A stretch of 38,762 bases of DNA from Polyangiaceae bacterium (GTDB lineage: Bacteria; Myxococcota_A; Polyangia; Polyangiales; Polyangiaceae): the NCBI GenBank assembly GCA_044376115.1, contig JBILLK010000048.1:1-38762 (forward strand), read 5' to 3'. The position numbers and the translations under genes are program-made. Below, piece by piece: positions 18,927-28,124 of the stretch. The notes beneath the pieces were generated by a model. The model had not been told where the DNA came from. It did no database searches and saw only the letters and a program-made list of their open reading frames with translations. Numbering within the stretch: the first letter of the stretch is position 1; the number at the start of each line of letters is the position of its first letter.

Positions 18927-18999
18927 GTTGTCCTTTGGCTTGGGTCAGCGGCAAACCTGCCGTCATTGGTAGATGCGCGAGCGACACTCCTTTCGACAT
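18927..18999 (-). promoter_or_regulatory. Duplicated promoter/leader, copy 2 (TGTCGA-N17-CATCTA), upstream of the YciI-ECF operon
   Basis: -35 at 18993-18998, -10 at 18970-18975; same leader and AAAGGA RBS as copy 1. Confidence 0.7.
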
Positions 19000-19063
19000 G
19001 GCCGGTCGTTTTTTGCCGGCCTGTCCTCCGTGAGAAGGTGCGTGAGAAGGTCGCCCCCAGGTA

Positions 19064-19822
19064 TCAAGTGCTGAGGTAGCCGCCGTCGACGACGAGGTCG
19101 GAACCGGTCACGTAGGAGGCATCGTCGGAGGCGAGGAAGACGAAGGCCCGCGCGATCTCGTCGGGCTCGGCGAAGCGGCCGAGCAGGGTCTTCGACGCGA
19201 AGAAGGCGCCGGCCTGCTGCTTCTGTTCCGCGGTGAGCCCGTTCTTGTCGAAGAGGGGCGTGTCGGTGAAGCCGGGGCTGAGCGAATTGACGCGGACCCG
19301 GCGGGGCGCGAGCTCTGCTGCGAGGGCGCTGGCGAAGGAGGTGAGCGCAGCCTTCGATGCGACGTACACGCCCGCGCCTGCACCCGGTACCGCGCGACGC
19401 GCACCCGCGGACGAGCACACGATCACGGAGCCTCCATCCCGGAGCAGCGGCACGAGCGCTTGCAACGTGAAGATTGCGCCCTTGAGATTGACGCCGATCA
19501 CCTCGTCGAACAGCTCTTCGGTGAGCCCTGCGAGCGGTGCGAAGCGCGAGATGCCGGCGTTGACGAACACTGCGTCGAGCGCGTCCGTGTGGGCGCGTAC
19601 CTGGTCCGCGAGCGTGAGCACCTGCTCCATCTGGCCCGCGTCGGACACGATGCCGACCGCCCGCTCGCCGAGCTCTTTCACTGCTTTGTCGACGGCCTCG
19701 CGGCGCCGGCCGGTGATGAAGACCCGACTGGCTCCCTCCGCCAATGCGGCCCTCGCGGATGCGAAACCAATTCCACTGTTACCGCCCGTCACGAGCAGCA
19801 CTTTGCCTTGCAGTCGATTCAT
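19064..19822 (-). CDS. SDR family oxidoreductase
   Basis: TGGNSGIG, NAG, YVASK and VDGG motifs. Confidence 0.95.
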   Translation of the reverse strand: MNRLQGKVLLVTGGNSGIGFASARAALAEGASRVFITGRRREAVDKAVKELGERAVGIVSDAGQMEQVLTLADQVRAHTDALDAVFVNAGISRFAPLAGLTEELFDEVIGVNLKGAIFTLQALVPLLRDGGSVIVCSSAGARRAVPGAGAGVYVASKAALTSFASALAAELAPRRVRVNSLSPGFTDTPLFDKNGLTAEQKQQAGAFFASKTLLGRFAEPDEIARAFVFLASDDASYVTGSDLVVDGGYLST

Positions 19823-19905
19823 CGCTTCGCTCCTTCAAGCTCGATATCGAGCTCGATCGTGTCAGTGGGTCGGTTTGCGTCCTGGATAGCGCGTATTCGC
19901 GACTA

Positions 19906-19956
19906 ACTTTCTAAAAGAAAGTATTAGCCATCCAATGGAACTGTCAAAAAGAAAGT
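19906..19956. promoter_or_regulatory. Two putative HxlR operator sites ACTTTCT-AAA-AGAAAGT
   Basis: Perfect inverted repeat at 19906-19922 and degenerate copy ACTGTCA-AAA-AGAAAGT at 19940-19956, in the AT-rich divergent gap. Confidence 0.6.
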
Positions 19957-19970
19957 GCTAAACCGTTTCG

Positions 19971-20594
19971 GTGACTGCGCGGCGTTATCAGCAGAGCTGC
20001 CCCATCGCGCGCGCCCTCGACGCGGTGGGCGAGCGTTGGGCCCTGCTGATCGTGCGGGAGCTTCTGCTTGGCCCCGTACGCTACGGCCAGCTCCTCGAGG
20101 CGCTGCCCTCGATGGGCACCAAGGTGCTTGCTGAGAGGCTGAAGGAGCTCGTCGCTCGGGAAGTCGTGAGCTCGACCGCGGAAGGCTACCGGCTGACCGA
20201 ACGGGGGGAGAAGCTACGTTCGGTGATCGCGGCTCTCGCTGCGTGGGGGCAACCGCTGCTGGCACAGCGCGAACCGGACGATGCGACCCCGCCGAGCACG
20301 GTGGCGCTCAGGCTGTGGGCCCGTCTCGTCGAGGCGCCATTCGAAGACGGCACCTGCATCGAGCTGCGGATCGACGACCAGAGCTTCGTCGCATCGAAGA
20401 CGCGCGGCGAAGTTCACGTCACTCGCGGAGAAAGCGACGCGAACTCGAGCCGACTCGCGCTCAGCGTAGAGACGGCCATCGCGCTGCTCGACGGCCAGAC
20501 GACGATCCGCGCCGCCGTGGCCGAGGGCACGCTCAAGCTCGAGCGGCTCTCCCTTCGACGCGTACGCGAGCTGTTTCGGTTCGGGCTCGGCTAG
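19971..20594 (+). CDS. HxlR-family winged-helix regulator with C-terminal SCP2-like domain
   Basis: YQQSCPIARALDAVGERWALLIVRELL..YRLTERG; divergent from the SDR gene. Confidence 0.88.
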   Translation: MTARRYQQSCPIARALDAVGERWALLIVRELLLGPVRYGQLLEALPSMGTKVLAERLKELVAREVVSSTAEGYRLTERGEKLRSVIAALAAWGQPLLAQREPDDATPPSTVALRLWARLVEAPFEDGTCIELRIDDQSFVASKTRGEVHVTRGESDANSSRLALSVETAIALLDGQTTIRAAVAEGTLKLERLSLRRVRELFRFGLG

Positions 20595-20622
20595 AGCGCG
20601 CTCGGCTAGAGCGCGCGATGGC

Positions 20623-20774
20623 CCCTCGTCATCGGCCCGCACATCAGCGACATGGCCCAGCGTGGTTGCAAGAGCACGACCTCGCGGGCGGCGCGGACGC
20701 TGCGCACGAAGAACCAGCGCGGGGCGAGGCGTTTGAGCAACGTGCGCAGCTCGGCTGGGGCCACCCCGGCGTTG
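20623..20774 (-). pseudogene. Copy of the 3' end of the HerA-like ATPase gene
   Basis: 152 bp colinear with 29110-29261, 13 mismatches by manual alignment (about 91%). Confidence 0.9.
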
Positions 20775-20987
20775 TACGCGCCACGGCGTCCCATATCTCG
20801 TCGTCGTTCCGAGCGACGGGCCGTTATGGGACAAGGGTCACCAACTTCCTGCCTCACAGGCGCAAAATCCCGCTGATTATGCGGCTAATCCAACCCTCTC
20901 GCGGTGCCCCGTGGTCCAAGTCGGCGCCACGGCGTCCCATAACTCGTCGTCGTTCCGAGCGACGGGCCGTTGTGGGACACCATCGGA
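20775..20987. repeat. Repeat family B, copy 1: paired 45-bp hairpins
   Basis: Hairpins GTCCCATAAC..GTTRTGGGAC at 20788-20832 and 20934-20978. Confidence 0.9.
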
Positions 20988-20999
20988 CTCGCGCTCGAG

Positions 21000-21196
21000 A
21001 ACGCGAGGCGGAGGCGGAGCTGACCTGTCGGAGCCGGTCGCGGAGGCGGACGCCTCGGACCGAGGCCGTGCTTGGCGAGGAGCTTGGCGATCTGCTCGGG
21101 GGTGGTGGCCACCTCGAGCAAGCGAGTCGCGCCGCGGCAACGGATGCAGGTAACGACGTCGACCTGGAAGACGTGACGCAACAGCCAGGCCCACGA
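21000..21196 (-). mobile_element. C-terminal remnant of an IS91/ISCR-like (HUH Y2) transposase
   Basis: SWAWLLRHVFQVDVVTCIRCRGATRLLEVATTPEQIAKLLAKHGLGPRRPPPRPAP matches the WAxLLxRVFxxD-CxxC-GG..IxxIL.HLGL..PP tail of these transposases; catalytic part absent. Confidence 0.7.
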
Positions 21197-21406
21197 GGTT
21201 CCACCGAAGGTGGACGCAATGAACAGAATGACTCGTGCCCTCTGGTGGGAAGCAGCCGCGCCACCCGACGACCCGCGGCGGCAACGCGCTCTCTCAGAAA
21301 CAGGTGTAGCTCGAGGAGGTCCCGCGGTACGCGCCGCTACCGATCACGCCCGCGGCACACTGCACGCACCTGCTATCCTCGACCTCTCGTGACCCGGAGC
21401 TCGACC

Positions 21407-22075
21407 ATGGAAAACCCTGCCCAGCCCATCGCGTACAAACGCGCGCCGCGTCCGCTCGTCTTTCCCACGGTGCTCGCCGTGGGTGAGTCGCGTCGTCACC
21501 TCGAACTTCGCACGCTCCTCTATCTCATCTTCAAGCAGGCCTTCGCCTCGCGCGCCGCGGTGGGCTCCGACCAGTTCGTCTACTTCCGCGCGAACGATCC
21601 CCGGTGCTGCGTCTCGCCGGATGTGTTCGTGAAGCTCGGCGCGCCGAGCGAAAACTTCCGCTCGTGGAAGACCTGGGAGCGCGGCACGCCCGACGTCGCG
21701 ATCGAGGTGGTGAGCGAGCACGACCCAACATGGCCGAAGCTCGGGCGCAGCACGGAGGCGCTCTCCGGCAAGCACGCCGAGTATCACGAGCTCGGCGTGC
21801 GCGAGCTCGTCGTCTTCGATCCGGAAGCCGAGGAAGGCTCGCGCGTGCGGATCTGGGATCGCGTCGACGACGATCTCGTCGAGCGCGTCGTCCACGGCGA
21901 CACCGGTCCGTCGCTCGTGCTCGGCGGCGCGTGGTGCGTCGCGCCGAGCTCGGTCGATCCCGTCTCGCTGCGCCTCGTCGACGACGCCGGCAACCTCCTC
22001 CTCACCGAAGCCGAGGCCGCGCAAGCCAAGATCCGCGAGCTCGAGGCCCGCCTCGCAGAGCTCACCCCGAAGTAG
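21407..22075 (+). CDS. Uma2 (DUF820) family endonuclease
   Basis: ESRRH, SPDVFV, PDVAIEVVSE, YHELGVRELVVFDPE, coiled-coil tail; GGAG RBS before ATG 21407. Confidence 0.9.
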   Translation: MENPAQPIAYKRAPRPLVFPTVLAVGESRRHLELRTLLYLIFKQAFASRAAVGSDQFVYFRANDPRCCVSPDVFVKLGAPSENFRSWKTWERGTPDVAIEVVSEHDPTWPKLGRSTEALSGKHAEYHELGVRELVVFDPEAEEGSRVRIWDRVDDDLVERVVHGDTGPSLVLGGAWCVAPSSVDPVSLRLVDDAGNLLLTEAEAAQAKIRELEARLAELTPK

Positions 22076-22148
22076 GGCCGCCGCTCTGCACGCGCGGTCG
22101 GCCGGCTGCGTCGGTTGGGTCGGCGCGCCGGCGCGCGGAAAGAAGGCG

Positions 22149-25121
22149 TCAAGACGGGGGCGACGCGACGGACGGGCGCGAGGTCCCCCTCACGAAGCGC
22201 TGATAAAGGCCGGAGACGCCGAGGAGCGAGACCGCGAGGCCGACCAAGGACGCGACCCGTGCGAGGTCCCGGAGGTCGGCGAGGTCGAACAAGAAGACCT
22301 TCGCGCAGGTCACGAGGATCGCCCCCAAGCCGAGCCAGCGCAGGTTGGGGCTGACGAGCTTCACGCCGAGCGCGAGCACGGCCGTCCCGTACAGGCCCCA
22401 ACCCAGGCTCAAGAGCAGGCTGCTCTCGGTCGCCGATTGTCCTTCGCGCAGCCCCACCGCCAGCGCCGAGATCAGCACGAGCCCACCACCGAGCCCCAGC
22501 AGCGAGGCACACCCCTCGACGAGCTCGACGAGCGGAGTGCGCGCGCGGTCGCGAAGCAGGAGCCACACGTGCGCTGCCAGCGCCGTCACGACGACGAGCG
22601 GGACGATGGCACCCCCGAGCTGGGTCACGGCCTCGAGGCCGGCGAGCTTCGCTCCCCACGCAAGCCCGACCCCCGACAGCGAGACGAACACACGCAGCGG
22701 CCGCCAGCGGTACAGCAACGTGAAGAGCAACGTGCCCAGCGCGAGGGCTACGAGGAACGTCGTCTCGAAGAGCTCACGCGAGAGGATGCGCGCGATCAGC
22801 CACGCGCTGGCGACGACCAACAGCGAGTTTGTAAGGGTCTCTTCCTTGCGCGCGTGGAGCGCACGCGCCGACGCCGCGGCAGCGAGGAGCACGAGCCCCA
22901 GGTACGGAGCGAGGGCGTAGCGACCCGCGATCCAGTGCACGCCGATCCCAAGCAGCGCGAGCAGCGCCAGGAGCAGCCCATCGAGGTCGGCCTCGTCCAC
23001 GGCGCGAGCCCCCCACGCCGCCTCGACGCCCAGGTAGGTGATCGCCGCGAAGCTGAGCAGCGTGGCGCTCGTCTCGTGCTCGGCGCGCAGCTCGGCGAAG
23101 AGCGTGGCAGCGCCGACCGCAAAGGCCGCGGCGACGAAACGTCTCGCGACGGAGGCGCCCCCACTCGACGACGCCAGGCCGAGCCCGAGGCCGAGCGTGA
23201 TGCAGAGCATGATCGGTGTGGTCGCCGGTGCGGCAGCGAGCGCAACCGCGCCGAGGAGCACCGTCTCCGCCACCGTGCGCGCGACGGGCCGCAGCGGCCG
23301 CACGCCACTCAGGCCCGCCCGGAACGGAAGCATCGCGCGCGCGAACAGCAACAGCCCGAGCCCGAGCGGTAGCAACTGCCGCGTCGTGGAGACGCCCGAC
23401 GGATCGAGCGTCCAGCGGGAGAAGAAGAGCAACGCGCCGATCAACCCGGCGAGCTCGCCCGCCGCTGCGGGGGCCTCAGCCGTGTCTGCGGCTTCGACCT
23501 CTTGCGCGCGTTCGTGGAAGCGGACCAGCACCAGCACGCCGAACGCGACGAACGAGAAGGTTGCCAGCGTGGGCTCCAGCGAGAGCACGAGGAACAGCGC
23601 GAGCGCCGCGACATCGAGCGGCGAAGCGGCCCCGGCGCCCTTCACGAAGCGCATCAGCAGGACGCGCGCGGCAGCGATGGCCGCTACGCTGAGCGCCATC
23701 GGGGCGGTGGTGGGCGCGCCGTCGATCAGCACCCGCCCGAGGCCCGCGGCAGCGCCGACCACGACGAAGAGCGCAGCCAACTCGGCGGCACCACGCGCCG
23801 CTCGTCGCTGCAACACCACCGCGATCCCGAGCGTCGAGAGCAACGAGGTCAGCCCGACCAGAGCGTGAGCGACCGTACCTCCAGCCGCCAACCACACACC
23901 AACCACCCCCGAGACCGTCACCGCGCCGAACCGGAGCAGCTGGGCCGCCGAGTCGTCCTCGGCTGCGACGACGTGGCCCGACTGCGTCCTCCTCCACATC
24001 CATTCGGGGAGCGCCCCGAAGATCGCGGCGACGAGCAAGGAGGGGATCGCCTGCGCCAACAAGGGCCGCTCTTCATCCAACAAGAACCACCCGACATAGC
24101 CCGCCGTGGTCGCGAGCGACAAGAGGGCGCAGGACCACCACCCGCGTCGCACAGAGAGCCCGATCACGGCGACGTCGAGGAGGAAGACGTACGCCAGGAC
24201 GAGCGGCGAAAGCGGCGTCGCCGAGAGCGCCTCTCCCGCCGTGTGGAACGCGAGCGGCGCCGCGAGACCACCGAGCAAGCCGAGCAGAGCGACGGGGGCC
24301 GAGTCGCGACGGGTGGCGTACGCGAGCGTGGCGAAGGCGCAGACCACGAACAGCCCGAACGCCGCGGGTGCGTCGAAGAGACCAACGACGCGGTGCGCCG
24401 CCCACGTCGATGCGAACAGCCCTCCGAACGAGGCCCCCGCGATCCAAGCCCCCATGGTCGGATGGACGCGGCGAAGCTTCAGATCCGCCGCGGCCAGCGC
24501 CGCGAGGCTCACGACGTAGCCGAAGACCACGCGGAGCGTCGGGGTAAGCCACCCGCGCTCGACCGAGAAGCGGAGAAAATAGAACAGCGCGACGACCAAC
24601 ACGACCGCGCCGAGCGCCGCCGCACCGCGTACGCCGAGCCAGCGCTCGAGGTCCACTGGCTCCGGGGGCGGCTCATGCTCGAGGTCGGGCGTTTGTGGAC
24701 GCAGCGGGACGTCTGGCACACGAGGCGGAGAGGGAGCCTCGACGCTCGCCCTCGGAGCCGCAGCAGGCGCCACGTCCGGCTCGACCGCTGGCTCGGCGAT
24801 CGGCTTGATTGCTGGCACGGCGATCGACTCGATTGCACGCTGCGCGCTCGGCTCGGCGATCGGATCGATTGCACGCTGCGCGCTCGGTTCGGTTGCTGCC
24901 TTGGCGCTCGGCGCACCAGCGGGAGCCGGGACCTGTCGCGAGGCTTGGTGCAACCACTGCTCGACGTGGTGGACCCGGAGGTGTGCGTGGTAGAGGCCGC
25001 TGCTGAGGTCTCGTGTGAGGTACTCGAGTGCCGCGACGCGTCGTCGTGCCTCCCGATCAACCCCGAAAATCCAAGCGAAGAAACTGATGACGAGAAGCAC
25101 GACGAGGACGAATCCGTCCAT
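22149..25121 (-). CDS. DUF2339 family polytopic membrane protein
   Basis: DLERWLG..GWLTPTLRV N-terminal motif, KVFLFDLADL..LARVASLVGL C-terminal motif, many TM segments. Confidence 0.85.
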   Translation of the reverse strand: MDGFVLVVLLVISFFAWIFGVDREARRRVAALEYLTRDLSSGLYHAHLRVHHVEQWLHQASRQVPAPAGAPSAKAATEPSAQRAIDPIAEPSAQRAIESIAVPAIKPIAEPAVEPDVAPAAAPRASVEAPSPPRVPDVPLRPQTPDLEHEPPPEPVDLERWLGVRGAAALGAVVLVVALFYFLRFSVERGWLTPTLRVVFGYVVSLAALAAADLKLRRVHPTMGAWIAGASFGGLFASTWAAHRVVGLFDAPAAFGLFVVCAFATLAYATRRDSAPVALLGLLGGLAAPLAFHTAGEALSATPLSPLVLAYVFLLDVAVIGLSVRRGWWSCALLSLATTAGYVGWFLLDEERPLLAQAIPSLLVAAIFGALPEWMWRRTQSGHVVAAEDDSAAQLLRFGAVTVSGVVGVWLAAGGTVAHALVGLTSLLSTLGIAVVLQRRAARGAAELAALFVVVGAAAGLGRVLIDGAPTTAPMALSVAAIAAARVLLMRFVKGAGAASPLDVAALALFLVLSLEPTLATFSFVAFGVLVLVRFHERAQEVEAADTAEAPAAAGELAGLIGALLFFSRWTLDPSGVSTTRQLLPLGLGLLLFARAMLPFRAGLSGVRPLRPVARTVAETVLLGAVALAAAPATTPIMLCITLGLGLGLASSSGGASVARRFVAAAFAVGAATLFAELRAEHETSATLLSFAAITYLGVEAAWGARAVDEADLDGLLLALLALLGIGVHWIAGRYALAPYLGLVLLAAAASARALHARKEETLTNSLLVVASAWLIARILSRELFETTFLVALALGTLLFTLLYRWRPLRVFVSLSGVGLAWGAKLAGLEAVTQLGGAIVPLVVVTALAAHVWLLLRDRARTPLVELVEGCASLLGLGGGLVLISALAVGLREGQSATESSLLLSLGWGLYGTAVLALGVKLVSPNLRWLGLGAILVTCAKVFLFDLADLRDLARVASLVGLAVSLLGVSGLYQRFVRGTSRPSVASPPS

Positions 25122-25589
25122 CTAAGACTCCTTGAAAGCGAAGGCCGGCGCGTGAAAAAAGAACCGGTACCCCGCTCACAGCAAGCCGCGAACCACAGGG
25201 AGTGAGCACCTTCGTCGCAGACGTTTCGACACCGTGAGATCAGGGACACCTTCACCGCGCGCCTCGAAAAACGCCCGCGCAGACAGCCGCTTGGTGTCCC
25301 ACCGGGCGCGGTGAATGGCCGCGTAACCGTCCGTCTCCGTCGGCGAACGAGGCTTCGCGCCGCGTCCGGCTTGCGCGGCTCCCTCGTCGAGCCGCAAACG
25401 ATCCTGCGCAGTCCCGCGCGCCCCTCGCCCGCGAGCGAGGCGGGCCCCGAGTCTTCGTCAGCCTGCTCGACGCACCGCGCCAGCAACGCCGATGGAGGGG
25501 ATGGGTAGCCCTCGCGGGGATGGGCGCTCAGGCGGTGCGCGTCTCACCCGCACGGCGCTTCCGCTTCGTAGTCCCGCTCCGCTCGACGC

Positions 25590-26177
25590 TCAGAACGGGA
25601 TCGAGTCCCCAGGGCTCGAGTCCTCGTCCTCGACCGGAGCGCCCTGGACCTCCGACGCCGCGGGCGCGGGGTGCGCCGCGGACCACGCCGGCATGGGATC
25701 CCAGTCGTCGAGGCCGTCCAAGTCGCATACGAAGAGCTCCGCCGCCGCCGCATCGAGCCGAGCGAGCACCTCGGGAGGAAGCGGCGTCTGCCGCGCGTCC
25801 GGCACCGGCTCGTCGCGATCCAAATCGGACCCGGCGCGTTCGAACACGACCTCGCTGCCGACGTACACCGAGCGCATCGTCGACGTCACACCGATGCCGT
25901 CGTCGTAGTCGTAGCGATCGACGAGTGCCGCGCGCGCACCGTTCGACATCCAGGCGATCACCTCATCGTCGCCACCCTCGAGGTGGACGATCACGGCGTC
26001 CTCGGAGACCGGACGGCACCTCACCTCGACCGCGCGCTTGTGGTGCCTCATGAGCCTGAGACCGTAGCCGCACGACACATAACGGCTCTTGGAGAAGGCG
26101 CTGATCAGCCTCGGCACGAACGTCAGCGGATCCACGCCGACGAGGCGAAGGGTGGCGTGCTCTTCGTTCGATCCCAT
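25590..26177 (-). CDS. Hypothetical protein
   Basis: ATG with purine-rich upstream sequence (AGGGAAG), plausible composition, acidic tail ending IPF. Confidence 0.55.
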   Translation of the reverse strand: MGSNEEHATLRLVGVDPLTFVPRLISAFSKSRYVSCGYGLRLMRHHKRAVEVRCRPVSEDAVIVHLEGGDDEVIAWMSNGARAALVDRYDYDDGIGVTSTMRSVYVGSEVVFERAGSDLDRDEPVPDARQTPLPPEVLARLDAAAAELFVCDLDGLDDWDPMPAWSAAHPAPAASEVQGAPVEDEDSSPGDSIPF

Positions 26178-26365
26178 GAGGCTTCCCTATCGCCGTTGCT
26201 GCAGCGGGTGGAAAAAATGCGCGCCCGCCACGCAGCTGCGTAGGACACTGAAACCGCCTCAGAAACGCTGTTAACCATCTAGTAACCCGGGCCTATGGGG
26301 CAGCCTCTGCATCTACCTGGGGCAAACGGTTCCTCGTCGCGATGGGCGCAACGAGGTGAGCTCAC

Positions 26366-26629
26366 GTCCCATAACTCCTCGTCGTTCCGAGCGACGGACC
26401 GTTATGGGACAAAGGTCACCGACCTACAGCCTCACAGGCGCAAAATCCCGCTGATTATGCGGCAATCCCGCCCGTTCGCGGCGCCCGGTGGTCCAAGTCG
26501 GCGCCCCGGCGTCCCGTAACTCCTCGTCGTTCCGAGCGACGGGCCGTTGTGGGACACAATCGGCCTTTGGTGCGAGCGCAGCCTCGCTTACGCGGGCGAC
26601 GCTCCAAGAAGCCGACCTCGCGCGGGCGC
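26366..26629. repeat. Repeat family B, copy 2: paired 45-bp hairpins plus extension
   Basis: Hairpins at 26366-26410 and 26511-26555; extension nearly identical to 27930-28003. Confidence 0.9.
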
Positions 26630-26746
26630 GTCGCCACGATCGATGCGTCGACGAACGGAGCGTGACCGTTCGCTGTCCCGCGCGGCGCTCATCGCGCTCC
26701 CAGGACGCTCTCTCGAATTCGCGCCTTCCCGCGACGCAGGCCCGGT

Positions 26747-26795
26747 GGAGACATAACCACTTCACTTGTTGAATGTTTGAAGGCAATATGTCCCC
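26747..26795. promoter_or_regulatory. Inverted repeat GGAGACATA...TATGTCCCC directly upstream of abiEi (putative autoregulatory operator)
   Basis: 9-bp arms with one mismatch around an AT-rich spacer; AbiEi proteins are known to bind promoter inverted repeats. Confidence 0.45.
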
Positions 26796-27401
26796 GTGGC
26801 TACCCGGAGCTTCGAGCGTGAGGCCGAGTTGTTCCGCCAGCATGGCGGAGGCCTCCGCATGGCAGAAGCTCTGCGCCTCGGCATCAACCGGAAGACCCTC
26901 TACGCGATGCGCGACGCGGGCGTCGTGGAGCCTGTCTCCCGAGGGGTGTACCGCCTCGCTTCGCTCGATCCGCTCGCGCACCCGGACCTCGTCACGGTGG
27001 CGAAGCGCGTCCCGCAGGGTGTCCTTTGCCTCATCTCCTCGCTCTCGTTCCACGAGCTGACGACGCAGGTGCCGCACACGATCGACGTCGCGCTCGAGCG
27101 AGGCAAGACGAAGCCGCGCCTCGACTACCCGCCCACGCGCTTCTTCTGGTTCTCGGGGCCGGCGTTCCACGAGGGCATCGAGACGCACGAGCTCGACGGC
27201 GTGCCGGTCCGCATTTACGACCCGGAGAAGACCCTCGTCGATTGCTTTCGGTACCGGAACCAAATCGGCATGGACGTGGCCCTGGAGGCTCTACGGCTCT
27301 GGCGTGAGCGCCGCCGCAAGAAGCTCGACGTCCTTTTGAAGTACGCCCGCATGCGCCACGTCGAGCGGGCGATGCGACCCTACCTGGAGGCGATGCAGTG
27401 A
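26796..27401 (+). CDS. Type IV toxin-antitoxin AbiEi-family antitoxin
   Basis: N-terminal wHTH (VSRGVYRL), LCLISSLSFHELTTQVP, IYDPEKTLVDCFRYRNQIG. Confidence 0.9.
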   Translation: MATRSFEREAELFRQHGGGLRMAEALRLGINRKTLYAMRDAGVVEPVSRGVYRLASLDPLAHPDLVTVAKRVPQGVLCLISSLSFHELTTQVPHTIDVALERGKTKPRLDYPPTRFFWFSGPAFHEGIETHELDGVPVRIYDPEKTLVDCFRYRNQIGMDVALEALRLWRERRRKKLDVLLKYARMRHVERAMRPYLEAMQ

Positions 27402-27465
27402 CCGTCAAGAACCGGAGTGGGCGGAGTCCAGCGCGCTGGACGGAGTCCACGGAGGACCACGGAGC

Positions 27466-27643
27466 GTGAGCGTAGTGAACCTCGCGGCCTCCGTGCAGGC
27501 TCGTCTCCAGAATCACGCGCGCACGACGAAGCGGCCGTTCCACGAGCTGCTCCAGTACTACGCGATGGAGCGCTTCCTCTACCGGCTGTCGACAACTCCA
27601 CACCGCGCGCGCTTCGTCCTCAAGGGCGCGCTGATGCTCCACG
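27466..27643 (+). pseudogene. AbiEii nucleotidyltransferase toxin, truncated after about 59 codons
   Basis: NLAASVQARL..YAMERFLYRLS..FVLKGALML, then a switch to ATPase-derived sequence at 27644. Confidence 0.85.
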
Positions 27644-27723
27644 CTGCGAATCTCCGCCCTCGTCATCGGCCCGCGCATGAGCGACATGGTTGCAAGAGCA
27701 AGGCTTGCGCAATCCCGGCGTTG
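27644..27723 (-). pseudogene. Internally deleted copy of the ATPase 3' end
   Basis: Blocks match 29097-29142, 29153-29163, about 29222-29235 and 29250-29261; at least two joins are at short microhomologies. Confidence 0.85.
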
Positions 27724-28003
27724 TATCGGCGCCACGGCGTCCCATAACTCGTCGTCGTTCCGAGCGACGGGCAGCTATGGGACAACGGTCACCAACGCCC
27801 AGCCTTGCCGACGCAAAACCCCACGGATTATGCGGCCAATCGCACCCGCTCGCCGCGCCCTGTGGTCCAAGTCGGCGCCACGGCGTCCCATAACTCGTCG
27901 TCGTTCCGAGCGACGGGCCGTTGTGGGACACAATCGGCCTTTGGTGCGAGCGCAGCCTCGCTTACGCGGGCGACGCTTCAAGAAGCCGACCTCGCGCGGG
28001 CGC
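27724..28003. repeat. Repeat family B, copy 3: paired 45-bp hairpins plus extension
   Basis: Hairpins at 27739-27783 and 27885-27929. Confidence 0.9.
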
Positions 28004-28124
28004 CAAACCGACGGCATAGCAACGCATCTGCAACCCGTTGTCTCGGACCCCGCGCCTTGCGACTGTCCCGCGCGCAGACACAGCGTTCGATGCCACGCTA
28101 GTCCTGGGAGGGAAGAATGGCCGC

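Noticed and set aside
20859..20889. dif/Xer-like site (GGCGCAAAA..TTATGCGG) in the family B linker
   Set aside because: Spacer length and the XerD arm do not fit the dif consensus; kept only as a conserved linker motif
20243..21406. Long N-terminal extension of Uma2 (610-aa ORF)
   Set aside because: Reads through HxlR out of frame, repeats and antisense relics; the likely start is ATG 21407 with an RBS
24790..24890. 36-bp repeats inside the DUF2339 gene
   Set aside because: In-frame low-complexity linker repeats (EPSAQRAIxxIA); ordinary
23502..25205. 567-aa plus-strand ORF
   Set aside because: Antisense to the DUF2339 gene; Arg-rich shadow composition
20788..27929. Family B hairpins as integron attC sites
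   Set aside because: AAC..GTT ends and a bulged base are attC-like, but the units are only 45 bp, one R-L spacer is 2 nt, they come in fixed pairs rather than one per cassette, and there is no IntI in the window
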